Of a stretch of 64,000 nucleotides of DNA, positions 12,406 to 23,082 are shown one piece after another. The translations under genes were made by a program, and so were the position numbers. Source of the stretch: Pristiophorus japonicus (lineage: Eukaryota); contig NC_091985.1 in the NCBI RefSeq assembly GCF_044704955.1, positions 120,218,001 through 120,282,000 of the forward strand, written 5' to 3'. Numbering within the stretch: position 1 is the first letter of the stretch; each line of letters starts with the position of its first letter. The notes under the pieces were generated by a model. That model was given only the letters and a program-made list of their open reading frames with translations, made no database searches and had not been told where the DNA came from.

Positions 12406-14994
12406 CTTTAAAGAAAACAAGGTCAGATCTCATCAGCACACAAGGCAAATAAAGCAACCAGATCCGAAAGCAAACATACTTCAACATCTGCACCACAGCA
12501 AATAAACAAAAATGAATTCAGATGTGTAAGAAAGATGTTAAGATGCAATACCCTACAGTTAACTACTGGCTGTTGTGTTAAAATCTACATTTGGCTCATG
12601 AGTCACATCTCCAAAGTTACAGGTCACAGTAAATTTGAAAGTTGGAAATCTATCAATTGATTACCAACGTAGTTAAATCTGCACTTTCAACAATAACCTG
12701 ATGGTGTTCCTCTGGCGAGCAACAGATCTTTTTCCTTTGGAGAACGTGTTTTACAGCTCATGCTCTTATTAGGAGTACGGGAAACTGCGCAGTCACAAAA
12801 GCTGCAACCACTTGAACTTAACATTTGTTAGTTTAACGATGAACTTTATAATCGGGATTAATTATGGAGAACTGCAGCTTTAACAGATTAGGTACAGATT
12901 CCCCCTTCTTTTCCTTTGAGTAGTTCTGGAGCAAAGCTCCTTTTTTGGGAAATACTTAATGTGCCACTCATGCCAACATATTACTGCCGTTTCCATAAAA
13001 TACCAGAATTTATAGTATACAATTCAGAGAAAAACTGCTTTAATATTATTTTCCAATAAAAGCATTTTGTAACAAATATATACGGTCACAAAATACTTGT
13101 TACCACAACAAACAAAATGGTGTGGTCCCCACACAGACTCTATTAATTTACTCCCACTCGAGTTCTCGACACATGTTTCTTCTTTGCTTAAGATTTTGCT
13201 TTCTCCCCTCATTTAACTTGCGATCTCCACCCTTCTAACATCAGAGATTCAAAGTTAGAATATGGCCACAGCAGTCTATCTTAATGCATCCTTTAATGTA
13301 CAATCCTCAAGGAGGCGGACTGATTGATCATAAATCGGCAGATTACTGGAGAAAACAGTGTCGGGATGAACACAGAGCCATACACTTTAGTTTTTTTGTA
13401 CAAATCTGGCAGCACAACTTTTATGGGATAACAAAAAAAGTAAAGAAAAGCAGAACAACTGGGAATCAGCAATGTGATTTTTTTTTTTTTAAAAAGCAGG
13501 ATGTGAATGCATTCCAGTAATATATAACTACAGCCGCCTGGGTAACCACAGGGATCAGGTTTAGAGTGGAGTGCTAAACTGGGCCGGCATATTATGTTGA
13601 GTGAGAATAAGACCTAGGGGAGTGGGAGTGAGGGCGGGGGGTGAGCAGTGATGGGGGCCGGGGGAGCAGTGAAAGGTGGCCGGGGGGAGCACAGGCGAGG
13701 CCAAAGGAAAGCGAAGGCGGGGGGGGGGTGCAGAAAGAGCGAGGGAGGGAGGTCACAGTGCAAGATAAACAGTGACAGAGAGAGGGAGACAAAAAAATTC
13801 AAAGCAGCAGATTATTAGAAATGGTTACGGGGTACGAGATTTAAAAAAAAAAATTCCGGGCAATGGCATGGAAATAACACACACAGATATGGGGGCAATT
13901 ACAGGTATATATCCAGCCTAGAATTTATCCCAAGTCTAAAACCAGCAAGAGGTCTATACATCTGTAATCCATCACTGGACAGGCTGCTGTTTTGCAAAAT
14001 ATAGATGCAAGATACTTTTCCGAGTTTACAATCCGAAGCCAGCACATCACAGTAAATTGACTGCCCAGAGGTGAATGGGCATTGGTTATGATGCAAAAGA
14101 TCAGTGGCCATTGTCAACAGTAGAAAAAGACACAATCTGCAAGTTCTTGCATAATAGTACACAGTTGACAGGAATGTGCAGGAGATTTAGTGTGGATAAA
14201 GCAGCTTGTACATTGAACAATTTAACGTAGGCATTTGAATAGTAGATTCTAAATTGTACATAACTGTAAATAGTATCTAATAGGGTTCCTCCTTGTCCCC
14301 GATTTCATCCACCAAACTTTCCTATCCACTGAAACTCCCTAATTGTTACCCCCCACCCCCGCTTTCAAAAATCTCAAAACTTCTTTTACCCTACCATAAC
14401 CCTCCTCATTTTCATTTTTTCTTTCCCCCTCCTGGTCAGTGCTCATAAACAAAGCGTTGAGACTTTGTCCACACACAAGGGGGTCAAGTTTCGGGCTGCG
14501 CGACGCCCGTTTTTCGCGCCTAAAAGTGCGACAGAAAAATACCTCTTAATTCTCCGGCTCCTTGCTGGTCCCTGGGAGCTTGGCGCGGTGCGCACACAGC
14601 AGCAGGGGGCGGAGCCACAGAGTCGCACCGATTCTGCAAGTGGAGGGGGGCGGGGCTATGTTAAATGAGGCAACATCGTGCCGGCAGCCCTGCGCGTGCG
14701 CATTGGAGCATGCGCAGTAGCCCAGAAACATTGGCACTCGGCCATTTCTTTTTTAAAGGGACTTAAAGAAAAGTGTTGATTTGTCTCGTGGACCCCTGGA
14801 AAGGCTTGGGATTGAATTTTGGTGAATTTTTTGTGTCTGAAGGAGTGCTTTTAGCAGCATTGTTGAAGAAATCACCTGCTGAAATCAGTGAGTGCTGCTT
14901 TTCACTGCTAAACTTCCAGAACAGGTGCTGCATAGGTGCATGCAAAATAAGGGCTGTGTGTTTTGAAAAATAAGAGCGTCAATTCAATACAGCA

Positions 14995-16557
14995 ATGGAA
15001 CAATGTCCACCAAGAACAAAGAATTTCTTGCATGAGGCAGTGGAGATATTAGTCAACGTAATTGAGCAGAGATGGCAGGAGCTCGATCAGCAACAGAGGT
15101 CGCATAAAAGTGCCACCTAAAGAAAAGAAGAAACGTTGGAACCAAGTTGCTGAAGATTACTGCGCAGTGGTGCATACCATGAGATCTGGAAGCCAGTGTA
15201 AAAAGAAATGGCACGACCTTGGTCAAGTAGTTAGTATAAGTAATACTTTCCATTTTTAATGTAATCGTAATTGTAATGTGACTATCTATATGTCACACCC
15301 TGCAGAAAGACACACTCTGTAAAAAGTTATATTTTACTCTTTGCAGAAGAAATTGGCCCACAACAAAAGGGAAGCAACTCAAACAGGAGGAGCCACGCCC
15401 AATCTGCATCCACTGACACCCTTCGAATAGAGAGTAGCTGCTATGATGAGTCGTACATGGAGAAAAGCAATCAGTACAGCACAAGCTGGGCCTGCACGCG
15501 AGGAAGAGGGCAAGTCCTGAAAATGCATCGTGGCCCTTCAAATCAACCTGCTACCTGGCCTGCTATGTGTGAGAGTACTCATGCCACCCATTCTGCCCCC
15601 TCCCTTGCTGTTAAACATTTGACTGTTCTGATGTATTTTGCAGAACATGACGATGATGATGATGATGTTGTTGCCGCTGCCAACCCTGAGGATACAGAAC
15701 AAGAACCAGTACAACCAGATGCGGACGATCCAGACTGGATGATGGCGGCGATGACTGAAATGTCTACAGGGGAGAGCTTCCAAATTAATTAATGTTTATG
15801 AGCCCCCATTAAGGGGCATCAGAGTTTCAACCTCTTGCAAAGGTTCTGGTTTCACCTTCCATGGTTTTGATTCCGATGTTGTGGGTCCCAGTGGTGCTGC
15901 TGGTATAATGCAGCAGTTTACAGCCAGTGCACTACTGTCCGAGCCTGCGCCTCCCACTCACATAGGTTCCGGTTCCACCTTCCATGGTTTTGATTCCGAT
16001 GTTGCGGGTTCCAGTGGTGCTGGTGATATAATGGAGCAGTTTACACCCATTCACCCACCATCCCAGCCCACAGCTCACACTCGAGTGCTGTCGTCTGAAA
16101 CACCAAGCGCCCCACCGTCCCAGCCCGCGCCTCTCTCTCTAGTACTGCCATCTGCAAGACCGAGCGCCCCACCCCGCGCCTCTCTCTCTAGTACTGCCGT
16201 CTGGAACACAGAGCATCCCACTGTACCAGCCCGCGCCTCCCTGCGTAGTGGTGCCACGAGGCAGACCAAGGCAGAGGAGAAGGAGATTGGAGACACGCTC
16301 TCCTGAGATGCAGCGTGCAACAGATGCGGCTCAGGTTGTAGCATTGGGTATGGAGACCAATGAGCTTACCCGATCACTCATCGGTGGCGTCAGTGCAGTG
16401 GGTGACGGTGACGGTCCTGATGGGAGAAATAGCAGTAATGACACGGGAACTTAGGGAGCGAATGTCTGAGGGAGTGCAATCGACGGCACAGGCCCTCATG
16501 GAGGTAGCTGCTGCAATAAGTGCACACAGCCCCTCCAATCAAATGACACCCCCATGA
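14995..16557 (+). pseudogene. Harbinger Myb/SANT (trihelix, NAIF1-like) DNA-binding gene, three exons, disabled
   Basis: Exon 1 (14995-15235) reads MEQCPPRTKNFLHEAVEILVNVIEQRW../..KKRWNQVAE...RSGSQCKKKWHDL. Exon 2 (15347-15509) reads [15 protein letters not shown]. Exon 3 starts at 15644 and is acidic and Pro-rich. It has frameshifts, a stop, and non-canonical donors ataagt and gcaagt. Confidence 0.85.
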
Positions 16558-17039
16558 AGAAGTGGACATTCACTGAGATGTGGATGAGAGATGGTTGCAG
16601 CCTTTCTTTGCTGCTTTTGTTCTTGTTCTTGATGTAGCTGTAGTAACATTTTTCAAATTGAAATTGTTTTGTAAGTTTTGTAACTTTACAACTTATAAGT
16701 GATCTTCGGGTTTTTAAGTGATCTTATAGTGTAAATGCTCTCATTTTGTACCTTATTTAATTTTGCATCTAAAAAGTGATCTTGAAGTTTAAGTGACCTT
16801 AAGTGTAAGATTTTTCACATTGAATTGTTTTGTAACTTTACAAGTTTATAAGTGATCTTCAAGAGTCATATTAAAAAGTAAAGTTTGATACAACAAATAT
16901 TTTATTACAGCGACGTTAACTTTTCAATAAAATATTTTTTCATTAAAACTGTTTCATGTTCCATTAACAACACAACGTAGGAACAACTGCAAAGAATAAA
17001 CATGTCCATGCGCAACAGTGGTCGCAGAGCCCTCAGGCA

Positions 17040-18262
17040 TCAGTAGTTGAAGCATTCACAGATGAGCTGCTGGCGCAAGGCTCGAGCAATCGTTAAAGGG
17101 GCACGATGGACGTCCTTCCTCCGACCTCGTGCTCCGGCATCAGACACTTGCATGCTTTCCTGATCGTCATCATCATCCACATCCTGCTCTTCCATAATAT
17201 TATCATCATGCATTGGACCCTCACGTCGGTCTTCTGGTTCCATTACCAGCTCCTGCTGCCTCATGATGGCTAAGTTATGGAGCATTCAGCACACAATAGT
17301 GAAGTGACTGACAATCTGAGGAGAGTATTGCAAGTGGCCTCCGGAATGGTCCAGGCATTGGAAACGCTGTTTCAATATGCCAATGGTCCTCTCAATGATG
17401 CTGCGCGTCGCAATGTGCGCCATGTTGTATTGACGGTCAGCTTCTGTCCGTGTCACGCGTAGGGGCGTCATGAGCCAAGTGGTCAGGCCGTACCCTTTGT
17501 CTCCCAGTAGCCAGCCCTGTCCTTCTGGCTGCTGCTCAAACATATCAAATATAACGCTGTCGCGTAGGATGAACGCATCACGAGGCTGCCAGGGTATCCC
17601 GCATCGACTGACATGATGCGCTGCTTGTCGTCACACACGAGCTGCACATTGATAGAGTGGAAACCTTTCCTATTCCTGTACTGTTTGGAATCCTCCACAG
17701 GTGCTTGCAAGGCTATGTGGGTACAATCAATGCAGCCCTGTACCTTTGGGAAGCCGGCAATCCTTAATCCTTAAGAAGCCCACAGCCCTTTGATGGATCG
17801 CTTGTGCAGTCATTGGGAAATTGATAAAGTCATTCATCTGTGCTACAGTGCAGCCGTGACCTGGTAAACGCAGGCATGTATTGCATGTTGAGAGATGGCA
17901 CACACATCTCCAGTTGTAGCCTGAAATGATCCCGAGGCATAGAAGACAAGTGCAGCTGTTACCTGCACTTCAACTGACAAGGCAGTTGGCGTTCTGCTTC
18001 TGGGCTGCAAATCTGCTCTCAGCATATCACAGATCTCAGCGACAACTTCTCTGCGGAAACGCAGCCTTTTGACACAATCAGCCTTGCTCATGTCCAGGTA
18101 CGAGCGCCTGGCTCGATATTGCCGACGTGGGTAAGGTCTCCTGCCCATCAGCCTATGGGTTATGACGTTCCTGGTGCGGTGAGCTCTAATCAATTCTCTC
18201 CTATGCAGTGAATTGATGGCGAACCATTGCATAATCCGTGGTGTTGACAATGCAGCACACAT
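17040..18262 (-). pseudogene. Harbinger (HARBI1-like) DDE transposase, disabled
   Basis: Motifs LSVEVQVTAALVFYASGSFQ, GFPKVQGCIDCTH, YRNRKGFHSINVQLVCD, WLLGDKGY, IIERTIGILKQRF and MLHN. Frameshifts at ~17843, ~17765 (7-nt duplication) and ~17583, and a stop at 17286. Confidence 0.95.
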
Positions 18263-19130
18263 TCTGCAAATTTAAGTTTCAACCTGGCTATCTGGCTGCC
18301 TCTCCCTGTCCCTGGCCAAATGGCCTGTCTCCCTCGCAGCTCGAAGGCTGCTTGCTGTGTCTTCGGCAGCAGTCAGCCATTGCCGACGCCCCTATCCCGT
18401 GGCCGAATGGCCTCAGTTACCCTCACAGCTCGAAGGCTGCTTGCTTGCTGTGTCTTCGGCTGCCGTCGAGTCATTGATGCCGCCCCTGTCTCCTACATGG
18501 AAGGCCTGCCTGAAGCACCGCAGCTCGAAGGCTGCTGCTGCTTCTTACAGGCAGGAATATTCAATATTTTGTCTTTGCTTTGTTTATAATTTTTTAGTCA
18601 GGATGGCTCTTTATTTGTATAAGACAGACTGTTGAATGCTTGTTGAATGTAATTACTTCCCTTCCCCCCCTCCCCTCCCCCCACCCTCGTTCCCTACGCC
18701 TGATTTGTAACCTACGCCTGATTTGTAAAGTGCAGGCAAGATTTTTCTGAGCATACAAAAATCTACACTTACTCCATTCTAAGTTAGTTTGGAGTATGTT
18801 TTCACTGCCTAAACTTTCAAAACAGGCGTAAGTGGCCGGACACGCCCCCTTTTCAACCAAAATTAAACTGTTCTAACTGACTTTGAACTGGAGCAAACTA
18901 AATGCCGAGAATTGCAATTTCTAAGATACTCCATTCTATACCAGTTGCTCCAAAAAAATAGGAGCAACTCAGGCCGAAACTTGACCCCACGGTGTACTAT
19001 GAAAATGCAAGTTGCTGTTAGTACATTGAACGATGGTGCTGTTGATGCTCTGGATAGTTTTATTTTTCATTACTAAGATTAAATATACCCTCAGCCTCCT
19101 CTGTTCCAAGGAAAACCTCAGCCTATCCAA

Positions 19131-19267
19131 AATAAAAACAGATGACCCTTCGTCAACCTGAAACGTCAACTCTGTTTCTCTCCACACATGCTGCTTGACC
19201 CGCTGAGATTTCCAGCATTTTCTGTTTTTATTTTAAATTCCAACATCCGCAGTATTTTGCCTTTGCC
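19131..19267. mobile_element. Penelope-like terminal repeat remnant (internally deleted inverted structure)
   Basis: Similar to 59640-59735. Flanked by the 12-bp duplication cagcctatccaa (19119-19130 and 19268-19279). Confidence 0.75.
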
Positions 19268-19583
19268 CAGCCTATCCAATCTTTCCTCCAGTCCTGGCAA
19301 CATCCTTGTAAATCTCCTCTGCACCCTTTCTAGTGCAATCACATCCTTCCTGTAATGTGGTGACCAGAACTGCATGTAGTACTCAAGTTGTGGCCTAATG
19401 TTTTATACAATTCTAGCATAACTTCCCTGCTCTTGTATTCTATGTCTCGGCTAATAAAGAAAAGCATTCGGTATGCCTTCTTAATCACCTTATCTACCTG
19501 CCCTGCTCCCTTTTAAGGATCTGTGGACGTATACTCCAAGGTCCCTCTGTTCCTCCACACTGCTCAGTATCCTCCCATTTATT

Positions 19584-20830
19584 GGGCCCAAGTTTCGGGT
19601 GGAGTTGCTCCTAGTTTTTTGGAGCAACTAGGTTAGTTTGGAGTATGTTAGAAACTGCAATTCTCGGATAATAGTTTGCTCCAGTTCTAGTGAGTTAGTT
19701 TAGGTTGGCTTTAAGTAAAGTACTTTTTTTCAAAAGGGGGTGTGTCCAGCCACTCAGGCCTGTTTTGCAAGTTTCGGCAGTGAAACCTTACTCCATCCTA
19801 AGTTAGTTTGTTGTAAGTATCCACTTTTGTAAGTTCTGAAAAACCTTACCTAGAGTTAAGTTTAGTGCAGGCACAGCCAGAGACGGGGAGTGGGAAGCAT
19901 TAAACACAAAGGACACATCAACATCACAACAGGGGGGGGGGGGAGGGAAGTTAGAGGATTTTCCATAAACACCTTCATAACAACATTAAAGAAGCAAAAT
20001 ACATTTAAGGCAGTAAGCACAAAACAAAGCAGTACATTTACGAAGCACAAAAAGTAATAAGCAATTAATTAATAAAAAATAGAAGGAACCCTGCACCTAA
20101 AGCTCCAAGACCAAAGTAATAAGCAACCAATCAATAAAAAATAAAAAAATAGAAGTCCTACCTTTATGTGAAGGGAAGGTGTTTCTGTCAGTGTCTCTCT
20201 CTCTCTATCTGACAGTGAGGGGTAGGGGTGTGTGTGGGGGGGTGGGGAGGAGGGGGTGCGCATGGGGAGGGGCGCGCGTGGGGGGTGGGGGTGCGTGTGG
20301 GGGGGGGAAATGTGGCTGAACGCGGGGGGGGGGTGGATGTGGGGGGCTGAACGTGGCGGGGACGGGGACGGGGGGGGGGGGGAAGAGGCAACCCTGCTCT
20401 CTCCTCCGGCCCTTCAATCATTTCGAGTGCCCCCCAACCCACATTCCTCCATCCCTTGCCTCGCTCCTCCAGCCCGTGCTATTGTTCTCCCACCGATCAC
20501 CTCCCCAGTGCCCTCTTTCCACGCTCCTCCATCCCTCCCCGGTACCCACACCATTCTGAAACAGACTGGTGAAAAACGCCCTGCTGAGCCATTGTGCAGG
20601 CGCGCACATTGCAACGCGCAACGAAGCCGGCAGTCTTCAGACACGCAGGGGCTTAGCCCCGCCCACCTGCAGCTTGCTCCGCCCCAGGAAGACTGCGCTG
20701 CGGCGTGCCACGCCACAGTCCAGGAGGACCGGAGAATTGCAGCAGAATATTCCGGCGCACCTTCGAGCCCAGGCAGGTCACATAAGTCTCGGAGGTGCGC
20801 CGTTTTCACCTGATGCCGAAACTTGGGCCC
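19584..20830 (-). mobile_element. Non-autonomous Harbinger element
   Basis: Perfect 15-bp TIR gggcccaagtttcgg and TSD att/att. Subterminal sequence is homologous to 18700-18988 in reverse. Confidence 0.93.
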
Positions 20831-22320
20831 ATTGTGTGTTCCCTTGCCTTGTTGCCCCATCCCAAATGCATTACCTCACACTTCTCCGGATTGAATTTCA
20901 TTAGCCATTTTTCTGCCCACCTGACCAGTTCATCAGTATCTTCCTGCAGCCTAGAGCTTTCCTCCTCACTGTCAACCACACGGCCAATTTTTGTATCATC
21001 TGCAAATTTCTTCATCATGCCCCCTACATTTAAGTCTAAATCATTAATATATACGGCAAAATGTAAGGGACCGACTACTGAGCTTTGTGGAACTCCACTG
21101 GAAACAGCCTTCGTCACAAAAACTCCCCTCACCATTACCCTTTGCTTCATGCCACTGAGCCAATTTTGGATCTAATTTGCCACTCTCTCTCAGATCCCAT
21201 GGGCTTTTACTTTTTTTTGATTAGCCTAACATGTGGGACCTCGTCAAAAGCTTTGCTAAAATCCATGTAAACTACATCAAATGCATTGCCCTCATTAACC
21301 CTCCTCAAAGAATTCAATCAAGTTAGTCGGACACGACGTTCCCTTAACAAATCCATGCTGACTGTCCTTGATTAATCTGTTGTCTTTCTAAATGAAGGTT
21401 TATACTGCCCCTCAGAATGGATTCCAGTAATTTGCCCACCACCGAGGTTAAACTAACTGGCTTGTAATTGCTCGGTTTATCCCTTCCTCCTATTTTGAAC
21501 AATGGTACAATGTAAGCAGTTCTCCTATCCTCTGGCACAACCTCTGTAGTCAGGGAGGATTGAAAAATTATGGTCAGAGCCTCTGCAATTTCCTCCCTTG
21601 CTTATTTTAATAGCCTCGGATATATTTCATCCTGTCCTGGTGATTTATCTACCTTCAAGGATGCTAACCCCTTAATACTTCCTCTCTTACAATGTTTATC
21701 CCGTCCAATATTTCACTCTCTTCCTCCTGAACTTCAACGTCGGCATCGTCCCTCTCTCTTTTGTGAAGACAGCTGCAAAGTATTCATTTAGTAACTTACC
21801 CGCATCCTCCGCCTCCACAAATAGATAACCATTTTGGTGCCTAATAGGCCCTACTCTTTCTTTAGTTATCCTCTTCCTCTTTATGTCATTGTAAAACAGC
21901 TTGGGGTTTTCTTTGATTCTACTTGCTACTATTTTTCATGCCCTCTTTTTGCTTTCCTAATTTCCTTCTTAATTTCACCCCTGCACTTTCTATACTCTTC
22001 TGGCTTTCTGCAGTATTGAGCTCACGATATCCGATATAGACTTCCCTACCATTTCAAGAATAATTAGGTACCATGTGTGGACTATGCTGAATGTAGGCTG
22101 GGTACAACATGCTGATCAGTTGAAGGACACCACTGACGTATGGTTAGTAGAGATAAAATCCAAACAGATCAAAAAAACTTCTAATCTGCAAGGGACAAAG
22201 TTAAAAAGTCATTAACTAAATGATACTACGATACTTAAATTTATCATGTTATAGGAACCACTAACACAGACGGTAGAATATACCCCAATAGTGCTCTTTG
22301 CACATGGAGCACGGTTTGGT

Positions 22321-22668
22321 AACATAGAAACATAGAAAATAGGTGCAGGAGTAGGCCATTCGGCCCTTCTAGCCTGCACCGCCATTCAATGAGTTCATGG
22401 CTGAACATTCAACTTCAGTACCCCATTCCTGCTTTCTCGCCATACCCCTTGATCCCCCTAGTAGTAAGGACCTCATCTAACTCCTTTTTGAATATATTTA
22501 GTGAATTGGCCTCAACAACTTTCTGTGGTAGAGAATTCCACAGGTTCACCACTCTCTGGGTGAAGAAGTTCCTCCGCTTCTCGGTCCTAAATGGCTTACC
22601 CCTTATCCTTAGACTGTGACCTCTGGTTCTGGACTTCCCCAACATTGGGAACATTCTTCCTGCATCTA
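22321..22668 (-). mobile_element. CR1 3' fragment
   Basis: ORF 22415-22654 RTRGHSLRIRG...RVVNLWNSLP. Tail repeat aacatagaaacatagaa. Confidence 0.92.
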
Positions 22669-23082
22669 GAAGGCTACTATATTTAACTTGCTTAATGATT
22701 ACTGCTACAAGTGCAATTTTCGACTTTCAAAATAATATATTTGCATATATATATATGTTTACTAAGTTTTAATACAACTGTAGGGTACTCTTATTGTGAA
22801 TTTATATAAAATGGCCATTTCACTCAGCGATTTGGGCAGCAATGCCGCAGCCCAATACCACACAGAAAGGTTATATTTAGATCAGAAAATGTAACGCTTC
22901 TCCTAAAGGAAATTTCCAGGTTGGAAAATATGGATGAACAACAGACTTCCTGCTGTACGATGACATTCCAGCAGGAGTCCGTTAATCTTCCATGTTTTTC
23001 AACTCTGAGGGGAAACTAGAGAAATTGGAGCTTTTTCCTTATAAGAGGTGGCTAATTGGAGATCAGATAGAGGTGTATAAAA

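Larger units (their letters stand above)
14480..18988. mobile_element. Full-length PIF/Harbinger DNA transposon (formerly autonomous, now disabled)
   Basis: Perfect 15-bp TIRs ggggtcaagtttcgg / ccgaaacttgacccc. The 3-bp flanks are aag and acg. It holds convergent Myb-like and DDE transposase genes. Confidence 0.95.
19087..22020 (-). mobile_element. CR1 LINE carrying two nested insertions
   Basis: GVPQSSVVGPLHFAVYINDL, KFADDTK, NYKPVSLTSVVGKLLE and QFWSPHYRKD. The sequence rejoins across 19131-19267 and 19584-20830. Confidence 0.92.

Noticed and set aside
17040-18262. Domesticated HARBI1 or NAIF1 host genes
   Set aside because: Both reading frames are disrupted and lie within TIRs, so they are transposon genes.
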